The notes beneath the pieces are model-generated. The model ran no database searches. It was given only the letters and a program-made list of their open reading frames with translations, and was not told the DNA's origin. Below are positions 1 to 9,922 of a stretch of DNA of 64,000 nucleotides, piece by piece. Source of the DNA: Chitinophagaceae bacterium (GTDB lineage Bacteria > Bacteroidota > Bacteroidia > Chitinophagales > UBA10324); the NCBI GenBank assembly GCA_947469485.1, contig CANIPU010000004.1:27537-91536 (forward strand), given 5' to 3'. Position numbers and translations under genes: made by a program. How positions within the stretch are numbered: the stretch's first letter is position 1; every line of letters begins with the position of its first letter.

Positions 1-415
1 TTCCAATAATTATTCCTGTTCCATCATATGCCTGAGGTAAAGGTGCTTGGCCTTGTTTTACTGGGGTAATGTCGGCATGAATATCTGTCTGGTCATCGAG
101 TGTATTGCCTATACCATGCCTTCCTTCAATTCTTTTAATTCCTGAAATTTCAGAAAGTTGAAATATTTTATTTACTGACAATGTTACTGCAGAAATATCT
201 TTCACAGAATATTTGAAATTCCCTGCAAGATTTTTTACGGCTGCATGAATTATATTCTCATTTCCCTGAACAAGCAATTGCAATTGTTCAACACTGTTTG
301 GGTTTTCATTTACATAATTGCGTAGTGCAAGATTGATAGTTGCTTTTTCCTGAGCAATACTGAAAATTGAAATCAATAAAAAGAAACCCGAAAACAATAG
401 AATTTTTTTTGCCAT
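1..415 (-). CDS. S8/subtilisin-family serine peptidase, N-terminal part only (gene runs off the left window edge)
   Basis: Not in the ORF track because it is truncated. The reverse complement from ATG (415-413) reads MAKKILLFSGFFLLISIFSIAQE..., a signal peptide. It reaches the window edge at ...PQAYDGTGIIIG, the G-T-G-x-x-x-G lead-in to the subtilase catalytic Asp box. Confidence 0.5.
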   Translation of the reverse strand, partial: MAKKILLFSGFFLLISIFSIAQEKATINLALRNYVNENPNSVEQLQLLVQGNENIIHAAVKNLAGNFKYSVKDISAVTLSVNKIFQLSEISGIKRIEGRHGIGNTLDDQTDIHADITPVKQGQAPLPQAYDGTGIIIG

Positions 416-615
416 TTGATAGAAAAATTTTGTGAAATAAAATTAGCCTTACTTACTGACTATACCTCATTAGTTTCGAACAGAATTAATACAAATTGAC
501 TATTTGATTATTTTAAAATTGTTTAATGCGATAAAAAATAATTATGAAATTGTTTGAATTTTACATTACTCGAATTCCAATCTCCTTTTAGTTTCGCACA
601 GTAAAAAATTTCTGG

Positions 616-2700
616 ATGGTTGCACAACTGATTTTTTCAATCTTATTCATTGCCGCAGTGGCAATGTTCGTCTTCAATATCCGCAAAGTCATTCGCAATA
701 TCAATCTGGGGCGAGATTTAAAAATCAACGACCGAAAAGGTGAGAGATGGAAGCAAATGATACTCGTTGCTTTCGGGCAAAAGAAAATGTTCAAACGGCC
801 ACTTCCTGCACTTCTTCATTTTGTTTTATATGCAGGTTTCATTATCATAAATGTAGAGCTGTTAGAAATTGTAACCGATGGTTTGTTTGGAACACATCGT
901 GTTTTGGCTCATTTAGTTCCAATTAATTTTTACAATTTTATAATTGCTGGATTTGAAGTGCTAGCATTTTTAGTTTTAGTTGGTTGCGTTGTTTTTTTGT
1001 GCAGAAGATATGTCGCCCGTATTCCACGCTTCTGGAACAAGGAAATGACCAAGTGGCCACGCACCGATGCCACTATTATTCTTTTCACAGAGATTATTCT
1101 GATGAGTTTATTTCTGAAGATGAATGCTGCGGATAGTATTTTACAGTCAAGAGGAAGCGAACATTATTTCAAAGCTGGATTATTTCCTGTCAGTCAGTTT
1201 ATAATTCCTTTCTTAAATGGATTTTCTGATGAGACTTTATTTATCCTTGAGCGTACATGCTGGTGGGGCCACATAGTTGGAGTTTTCTTTTTCCTGAATT
1301 ATATAATCTGGTCAAAGCACTTTCATATTCTTTTAGCTTTCCCGAATGTGTGGTATGCTAAGCTCACGGCAAAGGGAGAATTCACTTCACTTGCTTCAGT
1401 TACTAATGAAGTGAAGCTGATGCTTGATCCGAATGCATCAGTTACACCTGATATGAATCCAGGAAAATTCGGTGCGAAGGATGTAACAGATTTATCGTGG
1501 AAGCAGTTAATGGATGCATATTCCTGTACTGAGTGTGGCAGATGTACTTCAGCCTGTCCGGCAAACATCACTGGCAAGTTGCTTTCTCCAAGAAAGATAA
1601 TGATGGACACACGAGATCGGCTGGAAGAAGTTGGAAGAAACATTGACAAACATGGTATTGATTTCACTGACGGAAAATCATTGCTGGGAAATTATATCAC
1701 TGAAGAAGAATTGTGGGCATGTACCAGTTGCAATGCTTGTGTGGAAGAATGTCCGGTGCTGATTGATCCGCTCAGCATCATCATTGATTTGCGACGCAAC
1801 TTATTCATGGAAGAATCGAAGGCGCCGGCCGAACTCACTGGTATGATGAGTAATATTGAAAACAACGGAGCGCCATGGAAATTTTCACCAAGCGATAGAA
1901 TGTTATGGGCTGAAGGTTTAGATATTCCAATGCTTTCTGATGTGGTGGCTAAAGGAGAGGAGGCAGAAATTCTTTTCTGGATTGGCTGTGCCGGAAGTTT
2001 TGATGACAGATACAAGGGTGTGATTCGTTCGTTCGCCAAAATTCTGAACGACACGAAAATAAAATTTGCTGTTCTTGGTTTGGAAGAAACTTGCACCGGC
2101 GATCCCGCAAAGCGTTCGGGCAATGAGTTTCTGGCGCAGATGCAGGCCATGCAAAATATTACCACGCTGAATAATTATGGCGTGAAAAAAATTGTGACTG
2201 CTTGTCCGCATTGTTTTAACACATTGAAAAATGAATATCCTGCACTTGGGGGAAATTATGAAGTGTTACACCACTCTTCTTTTTTACAAACATTAATTGC
2301 AGAAGGAAAATTAGTGATGAAGGAAGACAATCCACTGAAAGGAAAAGCAATCACCTTTCATGACAGTTGTTATCTCGGTCGTGCCAATGAAGTGTATGAA
2401 GCTCCGCGGCAATTGATTGAATCGTTCAAAGCCGATTTGCGCGAAATGAAAAAATGTAAGACCAACGGATTGTGTTGTGGGGGTGGCGGAGCGCAGGTAT
2501 TTAAAGAAGAAAGCCCTGGCAACAAGCGTGTGAGTGTAGAGCGCACCGAACAGATTATGGAAACAGGTGCAAGCATTGTTGCAGTCGGTTGTCCGTTTTG
2601 CATGACTATGCTTGACGATGGCATCAAACAAAAAAATCAGGAAGAGAATATTAAGGTGAAGGATATTGCTGAGTTGATAGCGGAGGCGAATCAACTTTGA
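616..2700 (+). CDS. membrane-anchored (Fe-S)-binding oxidoreductase, HdrD/GlpC/DsrK-like (multi-TM N-domain, two 4Fe-4S motifs, two CCG-type Cys-rich domains)
   Basis: 694-aa ORF with a hydrophobic N-terminal ~260 aa. Ferredoxin motifs CTECGRCTSACP and CTSCNACVEECP. C-terminal Cys-rich CCG-like motifs (WIGCAG, TACPHC, LCCGGGG, GCPFC). Confidence 0.8.
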   Translation: MVAQLIFSILFIAAVAMFVFNIRKVIRNINLGRDLKINDRKGERWKQMILVAFGQKKMFKRPLPALLHFVLYAGFIIINVELLEIVTDGLFGTHRVLAHLVPINFYNFIIAGFEVLAFLVLVGCVVFLCRRYVARIPRFWNKEMTKWPRTDATIILFTEIILMSLFLKMNAADSILQSRGSEHYFKAGLFPVSQFIIPFLNGFSDETLFILERTCWWGHIVGVFFFLNYIIWSKHFHILLAFPNVWYAKLTAKGEFTSLASVTNEVKLMLDPNASVTPDMNPGKFGAKDVTDLSWKQLMDAYSCTECGRCTSACPANITGKLLSPRKIMMDTRDRLEEVGRNIDKHGIDFTDGKSLLGNYITEEELWACTSCNACVEECPVLIDPLSIIIDLRRNLFMEESKAPAELTGMMSNIENNGAPWKFSPSDRMLWAEGLDIPMLSDVVAKGEEAEILFWIGCAGSFDDRYKGVIRSFAKILNDTKIKFAVLGLEETCTGDPAKRSGNEFLAQMQAMQNITTLNNYGVKKIVTACPHCFNTLKNEYPALGGNYEVLHHSSFLQTLIAEGKLVMKEDNPLKGKAITFHDSCYLGRANEVYEAPRQLIESFKADLREMKKCKTNGLCCGGGGAQVFKEESPGNKRVSVERTEQIMETGASIVAVGCPFCMTMLDDGIKQKNQEENIKVKDIAELIAEANQL

Positions 2701-2726
2701 TTTATATTTAGTTCAGTTATTAATAA

Positions 2727-5633
2727 CTATTCCTTAATAAATTGGAATGTTTTCGTGTTTGCACATTGTTTTATAGTAATGAAATATTCTCCCGATGAAA
2801 TATTTGATAAGTTTATTTTAACAGAATTCGCAATTGCAAAAATTGATTGTGAAGAAATTTTTATTCCTGATGTATTATAAATTGTAATTTCTGTTTTCCC
2901 TGAAGTAGGAAGCTTTATGTTCATTTCGTTTATTACCGGATTCGGATAGAATCCAATTTGTAATGAGTTAATATTTACTCTGTATATTTCAGATAAGCTA
3001 TAAGAACCATTATAATTTTTCTGCATCAAACGATAGTAATTTTCTCCGATTGCAGGCTCAGTATCAGTAATAAAATAGTTGTGATTTTCCTGAGTTGTTC
3101 CATTGCCTTTTAATGAAGCAATCGAATTAAAATTTTTTCCATCCTCACTTCTTTGTACCATGAATGAATCGCAATTAGTTTCTGATTCTGTTCGCCATAC
3201 AAGGTTTACTTTATTATCTGAAGTTTTTTCTGCTTTAAAAAAACTCAATTCAACAGGCAACGAAACTCCGCCAAAACCAATTCCATAATCAGAGAATGAG
3301 TTTAGCACTGTTCTTTCAGCGGTAACTGTGCCATTTGAAATTGATTGTGTATTGTTGGTGTGAACCCCTAATGATTGCCAAGGCATTGTATTATCTTCTC
3401 TTTTCAGTATGCAATAATCATTTGCATTTGAAGGTCCGTTAGATTGACCATGCATATTACATACTACATCATAACTACCACTAACGAGTGCTGCATTGGG
3501 TGTAAGTGTCCAATATCCATAGTTAAGTAAATCAATTATTGGTGTTGAATTTACTGTTAGGCCTGTTGGAACAATTCCGGGACTTATCTGGTTAAAAAAA
3601 CCTCTTACCGAAGAAAAACCTGAAATACTGTTTAAATGAAGACTAATTAATTCATATTCCGAAGAAGTTCCCACCGGGAAATCATAAATACCACTTGCTG
3701 AAATCGATCTGTTAAGAATTCCATTTATATATGAGGTTGAAGTGTAACCAATGATTGTTGATGATGCTGAATTAAATGTTCGCACTTCATAAATTCCGGT
3801 TGATATAATTCCGTCAATTAAATTCAGAATACCATTCACATTTGCATTTTTCCCTAATGTAATTGTTCCGTTGCAATTTATGGTTAGGTTGTTCAGTTTC
3901 GTTTGAGCACTTGTTAATTCATAGTTTGTCGTAACTGGAGCTGTATAAATAAGATTGTAAATTCCAAGAAAATTCGGGTTGCCCGATAAATCTCCTGTTG
4001 CTCTTGAAACAGTAGCCCCGATAGCTATTTTCAGCGAAAAGCCATTTAGATTAAAAAGTCCATCGGTTAAGTAAAAAGTAGAATCAACTGTGATAGTTTT
4101 TGAAATCTTGACTCCAGTACTGTTGTTAATTGATAATTTATGAAATGTAGTGGTGTAACTGATATTCTGTAATGATGTTCCTTCAAAATGCACATTTGAA
4201 TTACTCCTGTAATTTAAATTTCCGGCGGTTCTAATTAAATCACCTTTTAAATAGGTATCACCATTTAACCAAAGTGTTTTACTTGATGTTTGACTAATAG
4301 TGAATGTGCCGTTTGCGGCAAATGAAGCATCAAGATCTACATCAGTTGCTTGGTTAGAACATGTCCATTGAAAGTTTCCAAAAGTTTGTCCTGTTCCTGT
4401 TGGTTCAGTATTAGTAACTCCTGAAATAATGCAGTTTGAATTTGATTCCCAGGTTGCATTTACAATCGGAATAATTGTGTTTCCATCTCGGCAATATTTA
4501 TAGTTGCTTCCGTTTTCGAAAGTAACAGTTCCTCCAAGATTATTCAGAAAAGCGCCACTATCATTCAAACTTCCGTAGATGTGAATGTCGGCTCCATTTT
4601 TAACTTGCAAAGTCACTCCTTGCTTAATGAAAATAGTACAGCCTGAAGGGTGATATATTCCATCAGTAATGGCATTGCTTGTGAAAGTGTAATTTGTGGT
4701 AGGATTATTAAAAATAAAAATCCGTCCGGTAGTTTCGCTTAAAGAATAATTCATTGCTTCATCACGCATAAAAACCAGGTAGGTGAATTTTCCATTTGCT
4801 CCCGGGTCATCGGTAAATGAAGATATTAGTGAATCGTTATAAATTACTTTCCAGGTTGAAATACTTGTTGGACCATCGCTTGAATTTGAAGATGAATAAT
4901 ATACCTGATTGGAAACAGAGGGTGTATCTGTTAGAATTCCCGATTTCCGTAAAATCATTATACCATCCGTTCCGCTTTCATAATCGCTTCCTTGCGCAAA
5001 TGTCAATTGTATTGATGTTCCTGTGCAATTTGCCACTAATGTGGTTGGAGCTGAAGGAACCGAGTTATCAATGCCCGGATAAGTGGAAAGGCTTATAACA
5101 GCATCATCAAAATAAATGGATATTGAACCTGCCACATTGTTTGAAGCATAAATAACCGGATAGTAAGTATGACCCACCTGCCCAACTATGGTATACGAAA
5201 TTTTTGTGAAGGCAGCAGTGTCAGCGCTTTGGTAGCCGGCATCTACAGTTTCAATGGCACCGGTCACATCATAAAAACCAAGTTTTATTTTTGAACTTAG
5301 CAAATTGGATTTTACATAAATATCAAAAGTCACAAACTTGCTGATGTTGTCATTTACAGAAACAGTTGTTGAAGTATTGTATAATTTTTTTAAAGTAATA
5401 CCTGCGGTAGTAAGCCTTGCAGCATAGGTACCTGTTCTTAATTTAGAAGAGGAAGTTGTTGCTGTCCATCCTGATCCGGAAGTGCTCCAACCTGTAAGCG
5501 CATTTTCAAATCCCGGATTATTGTTTATTGCAAAACCACTCGCACTTCTTAATAATAAGAAGAGAAGTATTGCAAAAAACGGATAGGTATTTATCCGGTT
5601 TATTAATAATAGTAGTTTCGAATACAGAAACAT
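2727..5633 (-). CDS. large secreted T9SS cargo protein (CBM4/9-like N-terminal module, beta-rich body, type A C-terminal sorting domain)
   Basis: 968-aa ORF with an N-terminal signal-like hydrophobic segment. The GFENALTGWSTSGSGW motif is typical of CBM4/9-like sugar-binding modules. The C-terminus ...FYPNPVINEMNIKLPTSGKTEITIYNTSGIKI...GEYFITIK... matches the Por_Secre_tail/TIGR04183 pattern. Confidence 0.75.
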   Translation of the reverse strand: MFLYSKLLLLINRINTYPFFAILLFLLLRSASGFAINNNPGFENALTGWSTSGSGWTATTSSSKLRTGTYAARLTTAGITLKKLYNTSTTVSVNDNISKFVTFDIYVKSNLLSSKIKLGFYDVTGAIETVDAGYQSADTAAFTKISYTIVGQVGHTYYPVIYASNNVAGSISIYFDDAVISLSTYPGIDNSVPSAPTTLVANCTGTSIQLTFAQGSDYESGTDGIMILRKSGILTDTPSVSNQVYYSSSNSSDGPTSISTWKVIYNDSLISSFTDDPGANGKFTYLVFMRDEAMNYSLSETTGRIFIFNNPTTNYTFTSNAITDGIYHPSGCTIFIKQGVTLQVKNGADIHIYGSLNDSGAFLNNLGGTVTFENGSNYKYCRDGNTIIPIVNATWESNSNCIISGVTNTEPTGTGQTFGNFQWTCSNQATDVDLDASFAANGTFTISQTSSKTLWLNGDTYLKGDLIRTAGNLNYRSNSNVHFEGTSLQNISYTTTFHKLSINNSTGVKISKTITVDSTFYLTDGLFNLNGFSLKIAIGATVSRATGDLSGNPNFLGIYNLIYTAPVTTNYELTSAQTKLNNLTINCNGTITLGKNANVNGILNLIDGIISTGIYEVRTFNSASSTIIGYTSTSYINGILNRSISASGIYDFPVGTSSEYELISLHLNSISGFSSVRGFFNQISPGIVPTGLTVNSTPIIDLLNYGYWTLTPNAALVSGSYDVVCNMHGQSNGPSNANDYCILKREDNTMPWQSLGVHTNNTQSISNGTVTAERTVLNSFSDYGIGFGGVSLPVELSFFKAEKTSDNKVNLVWRTESETNCDSFMVQRSEDGKNFNSIASLKGNGTTQENHNYFITDTEPAIGENYYRLMQKNYNGSYSLSEIYRVNINSLQIGFYPNPVINEMNIKLPTSGKTEITIYNTSGIKISSQSIFAIANSVKINLSNISSGEYFITIKQCANTKTFQFIKE

Positions 5634-5764
5634 TTTATGGTGTTTACACTTTTATCAATATACTGTTACTTATGTATTTTAAAAAAGTTCTGATATTTAA
5701 GAATTGTTTTAATTCTTTATTTTTTTTGTTCTAATAAATTTTTAGAAATCATACTTACCTATTA

Positions 5765-5772
5765 TACATTTG
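5765..5772 (+). promoter_or_regulatory. Bacteroidota -7 promoter box (TAnnTTTG)
   Basis: TACATTTG lies 19 nt upstream of the ATG at 5791. A TTG is present upstream at 5737-5739. Confidence 0.35.
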
Positions 5773-5790
5773 TCAACGAAATAATTAAAC

Positions 5791-6294
5791 ATGGTTAATT
5801 GGAATTTCGCTGAAGGTTTTCACCCTGCTTCCAAAGCATGGATTTATCAAAGCAATCGTGAACTCAATGCTGCGGAAGTAAATGAAATTGACAATGCCGT
5901 AAAAGCATTTTCAAAAGAATGGACATCGCATAAAGCGGAAGTAAAAGCAACCGGCGCTGTGTTACGCAATCGTTTTATCGTTTTGCTCGCCGATGAATCA
6001 CAGAATGCAGTTGGCGGATGCAGTATAGATTCGTCAGTAAAATTTATACGCTCAATTGAAAATCATTTTTCCATTTCATTGCTCGATCGCACTATTCTTT
6101 TGTTTGAGCAGAATGGCATTTTAAAAGAGGTATTTCTTCCGCAGCTCGATGAAAAAATTTCGTCCGGTGAAATTCAACCAACCACCATTTATTATAACAA
6201 CACGGTCACTTCACTTCATGAAATGCAAAACAAGTGGCAGCAACAGGTAAAAGATTCGTGGATGGCTCCGAGGTTGAAACAGGTGTTTACCTAA
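5791..6294 (+). CDS. conserved hypothetical cytoplasmic protein (167 aa)
   Basis: Clean ORF with its own -7 box. No signal peptide or TM segment, and I recognise no catalytic motif. Confidence 0.6.
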   Translation: MVNWNFAEGFHPASKAWIYQSNRELNAAEVNEIDNAVKAFSKEWTSHKAEVKATGAVLRNRFIVLLADESQNAVGGCSIDSSVKFIRSIENHFSISLLDRTILLFEQNGILKEVFLPQLDEKISSGEIQPTTIYYNNTVTSLHEMQNKWQQQVKDSWMAPRLKQVFT

Positions 6295-6364
6295 ACGGAA
6301 TAACGCAGATTAATGAATGGGTAATACTCCCCAAATAATTTCTGAAACAGACTCAGGTTTTTGT

Positions 6365-6372
6365 TAACTTTG
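6365..6372 (+). promoter_or_regulatory. possible -7 promoter box (TAnnTTTG) giving a near-leaderless transcript
   Basis: TAACTTTG ends 4 nt before the ATG at 6377. This could be chance in AT-rich DNA. Confidence 0.25.
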
Positions 6373-6376
6373 TTTC

Positions 6377-9300
6377 ATGATTTTAAAGCGATTTTATTTT
6401 CTGATTCTGTTATTGAATCCGATTCTTTTATTTGGACAAAATCTTGCTCCAAATAATGGATTTGATGTTTATTCTGTTTGCCCTTCCACCTCCAGTCAGA
6501 TCGTTACTCCTCCATGGACCACACCCGTGGGGCAAACAGGCACACCCGATTACATGAATGCCTGTTTTGTTGGCGGCGCAGGAGCACAGGGAGTTCCCAC
6601 AAATTTTTACGGTTACCAGATTCCGGTTTCTTCTGATGGATATTATGGAATGATTACCCATTATGGTGGCGGTATTGAAGTGCGTGAATATTTAACTGCC
6701 CAACTTACGCAACCATTAATGGCAGGTCAAACTTATTCGGTAGGTTTTTCTGTAAGCCTTTCTGATAATTTTAAATATGCAACAGATCACTTCGGTGCTT
6801 ATTTGTCTGTCGCAGCTCCAACCTGGAGTGGAAATTATTCTGCAATGAATACCTATACTGCCCAGATAGATAACGGAGCAGGTAATGTGATTTCAGATAT
6901 GGCGGGATGGACTTTGATTTCCGGAACCTATACTGCCATTGGAGGTGAGCAATTCATTACAATAGGTAATTTTTTTAATGATGCAAGTACTCAGGTAGTT
7001 ACAGTAAATGCAAGTGGATTACAATGGGCTTATTACTACATGGACGAAGCTTTTGTAATACCAACAAATCAGTCGCTGTTAGTTAGCGGAGATACAATGT
7101 TATGTGCGGGTGAATCCACAACATTAACTGCAACAGGCGGAGGTCCTTATCAATGGGCTGATGCATCAAACCAAAGTGTAATTATCAGTACAGATAGTTT
7201 TCTAACTGTTACACCTAATGCAACAACATCATATGTAGTTTGGAATACATCAGATACAATAACTGTTACTGTTCATGTTTCAAATCCTCCGGTTTTTAAT
7301 TTGGGAAATGATACAGTTTTTTGTTCAGGTTCATCAGTTTTATTGGACGCAACTACAAATGGGGCAACTTATTTGTGGCAGGATAATTCAATAAATGCAA
7401 CAGTCAGTGCAATTGTAACAGGTTTGTATTGGTGCAAAGTAACCGTGAATGGTTGTTCTGCAGCTGATAGTGTAAATATTACTGTAAACCCGATTCCTGC
7501 TATTAATCTTGGAAATGACACAACAATTTGTGCCGGACAATCTTTAATGTTAAATACTGCAACTGCTGGTACTACTTATTTATGGCAAGATAATTCATCA
7601 GGCAGTACTTTCAATGTAACAGTAACAGGCGTGTACTGGGTTGATGTAAATTTAAACGGATGTGTTGATACCGATTCAATACAGGTAAATGTTTTCAGTT
7701 CAACCGCTCCTGTTATTAATTCTAATTCTCCTTTATGCGAAGGCACCTCTTTAAATCTAACCACCGGATTTGTGGCTGGTGCAACTTACAATTGGAGTGG
7801 CCCGGGAGGATGGTCAAGTAATCTGCAAAACCCAACCATTACAAATATAACTTTAGCTGGAGCGGGCAATTATTCTTTATCCATTTCAATAAATGGTTGC
7901 ACAAGTCCGGTTTCCAATACTAATGTGGTGGTTAACCCAATTCCTGCAGCACCTGTACTTGGAAGTAATAGTCCGATTTGTGAAGGAGTTGATTTGAATT
8001 TAACCTCGAATTTGGTAGCCGGGGCAACAATTAATTGGAATGGTCCAAACGGGTGGAGTAGTAATTTTCAGAATCCGACAATAACTGCGGCATCAATTTT
8101 ATCTGCCGGAAATTATTCAGCAACCATTACAGTTAGTGGGTGTACCAGTAGTGCAACAAACTTAAATGTTATTATAAACCAGGCTCCATCTTCTCCTGTT
8201 TCGGGAAGCAATAGCCCTGTTTGCGAAGGAGGTGATATTCTTTTAACAGCAACAAGTGTTGTGGGAGCAACTTTTTATTGGGATGGCCCAAATGGTTGGA
8301 CCAGCAACACCCAAAATCCTATTATTACTAATTCTCTACCAATTCATTCGGGTAATTACAATGTATTTGCTTCTTTAAATGGATGTAATTCTTCAGTTTC
8401 AACTATTGCAGTTGTTGTTGTCCCGGCTGCCGCGTTGACTTTTTCTGTTTCACCTGCTTCTATTTGCGAAGGAGAAGAAACAATTATTACCTTGACTTCA
8501 CCTGCTATTGGTGGAGCAGTATATAGCCTTAATTCACTACCAGGTGTTTTAACTAATGGAAGTGGAGCAGGACCTTGGACTGTTAAATATTTAACAGCTG
8601 GAATATATGATATTATTTTAAGCGGATCAATTGCAAATTGTACAATTGCACCAGATACACGGTCTATTGTCGTAAATCCTGACCCTGTTGTAAACTTTAC
8701 ACCGCAATCAATTTTGTATTGTGATTCAGTTGTTGTGAGTTTTATTAATAATTCAACTGAAATTAATAGTGTGCTTTGGAATTTCGGAGATGGCAGTTCA
8801 GATACTTCACAGACCCCAATTCATACATTTTTTCCTGGAAATTATGATGTATCTCTGTCTGTTGTTTCTTCATTCGGATGCACTACAGTTTTAAATATGC
8901 CTTCCATAATTATTGTGGATTCACCTCCAGTAGCCTTATTTACCGGAACACCAACTTATGGAGATTCAATTGAATTAAAAAATGCAACTATTCTTTTTTT
9001 AAATCAATCACTTAACGCTAATTCCTTTCAATGGAATTTTGGAGATGGAACAAGCGCGTCTTTCATTTCTGGATATCATCAATACAATGATACCGGCCGC
9101 TATTTTGTAGAGCTTATTGCAACAAATAACCAAGGTTGCAGTGATACTTTGGTCTTGGGACAATGGATAGTAATGCCAAATATTTTATATTTTATTCCAA
9201 ATGCGTTTACTCCAAACGATGATGAAATTAATGATGTGTTTAAAATTTTTGGAAGTGGAATAAAAAAATCAGAATTAGCGGTATTTGATCGTTGGGGAGA

Positions 9301-9454
9301 AAAAGTATTTTATTCTAATGAAAAGGAAATTGGTTGGGATGGAACATTTAATAATAAAAAGTTGAATACAGGGGTGTATGTATACTACGCCAAACTAATA
9401 TTGAATAATGGAAGTGAGATTCTGTTAAAAGGTGATGTGAGTTTGATTAGATGA
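6377..9454 (+). CDS. gliding-motility-associated C-terminal domain (T9SS type B sorting domain) surface protein with Ig-like and PKD repeats
   Basis: 1025 aa. Signal peptide MILKRFYFLILLLNPILLFGQ. Repeated Cys-containing Ig-like modules (NLGNDTxxCxG...YLWQDNS; SNSPxCEG...GATxxWxGPxGW). PKD-like motif WNFGDGSS/WNFGDGTS twice. C-terminus FIPNAFTPNDDEINDVFKIFG...WDG...GVYVYY is the CHU_C/type B CTD pattern. Confidence 0.85.
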   Translation: MILKRFYFLILLLNPILLFGQNLAPNNGFDVYSVCPSTSSQIVTPPWTTPVGQTGTPDYMNACFVGGAGAQGVPTNFYGYQIPVSSDGYYGMITHYGGGIEVREYLTAQLTQPLMAGQTYSVGFSVSLSDNFKYATDHFGAYLSVAAPTWSGNYSAMNTYTAQIDNGAGNVISDMAGWTLISGTYTAIGGEQFITIGNFFNDASTQVVTVNASGLQWAYYYMDEAFVIPTNQSLLVSGDTMLCAGESTTLTATGGGPYQWADASNQSVIISTDSFLTVTPNATTSYVVWNTSDTITVTVHVSNPPVFNLGNDTVFCSGSSVLLDATTNGATYLWQDNSINATVSAIVTGLYWCKVTVNGCSAADSVNITVNPIPAINLGNDTTICAGQSLMLNTATAGTTYLWQDNSSGSTFNVTVTGVYWVDVNLNGCVDTDSIQVNVFSSTAPVINSNSPLCEGTSLNLTTGFVAGATYNWSGPGGWSSNLQNPTITNITLAGAGNYSLSISINGCTSPVSNTNVVVNPIPAAPVLGSNSPICEGVDLNLTSNLVAGATINWNGPNGWSSNFQNPTITAASILSAGNYSATITVSGCTSSATNLNVIINQAPSSPVSGSNSPVCEGGDILLTATSVVGATFYWDGPNGWTSNTQNPIITNSLPIHSGNYNVFASLNGCNSSVSTIAVVVVPAAALTFSVSPASICEGEETIITLTSPAIGGAVYSLNSLPGVLTNGSGAGPWTVKYLTAGIYDIILSGSIANCTIAPDTRSIVVNPDPVVNFTPQSILYCDSVVVSFINNSTEINSVLWNFGDGSSDTSQTPIHTFFPGNYDVSLSVVSSFGCTTVLNMPSIIIVDSPPVALFTGTPTYGDSIELKNATILFLNQSLNANSFQWNFGDGTSASFISGYHQYNDTGRYFVELIATNNQGCSDTLVLGQWIVMPNILYFIPNAFTPNDDEINDVFKIFGSGIKKSELAVFDRWGEKVFYSNEKEIGWDGTFNNKKLNTGVYVYYAKLILNNGSEILLKGDVSLIR
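7712..8440 (+). repeat. three tandem ~243-nt (81-aa) coding repeats inside the 6377-9454 gene
   Basis: The units start near 7721, 7964 and 8206. Each reads SNSP(L/I/V)CEG..L.LT....(V)AGAT..W.GP.GW(S/T)SN.QNP.IT......GNY........GC.S. Confidence 0.8.
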
Positions 9455-9563
9455 TTGACTATAATTTTATTTTTGAACACACTCAAATGTTTAAAAGCAA
9501 TGGTTCAATAATATTGATTGATTATTTATAAAATATAGATTTGAAATAATAAAAAAATAAATC

Positions 9564-9767
9564 ATGACTGAAAATAAAAAACATTTAGTAGGCACAGAGG
9601 AGGAAAATACTCAGCATGACTTGCAGGAAGCAAAGCAGAATCTTTTAACACTTGAAGCTTTAATTAAAATGAGAAGCAGGAATGTTCCTCAAGCAAATGA
9701 TGATGGAACTAAAAAAGATGAAGATTTTGATATTGATCCAATACCTGGTTATGGAGGTGCCTGGTAA
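9564..9767 (+). CDS. small hypothetical acidic protein (67 aa)
   Basis: ATG-started ORF followed 23 nt later by a strong rho-independent terminator. No recognisable motif. Confidence 0.4.
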   Translation: MTENKKHLVGTEEENTQHDLQEAKQNLLTLEALIKMRSRNVPQANDDGTKKDEDFDIDPIPGYGGAW

Positions 9768-9789
9768 AAGGTAAAAAAGGAATTTCTCA

Positions 9790-9828
9790 AGCCATTCTGT
9801 AAATATCAGAATGGCTTTTTTATTTTTT
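9790..9828 (+). terminator. rho-independent terminator
   Basis: AGCCATTCTG (9790-9799), 7-nt loop, CAGAATGGCT (9807-9816), then TTTTTTATTTTTT. Confidence 0.8.
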
Positions 9829-9922
9829 AACCTTTTCAAAATATTTTACCGTTTGTTTAATTGGGCTTTGATATTTTAAGCCAGACGGTTATATTGCTTG
9901 ACCAATAAACCAAAACCATTTT

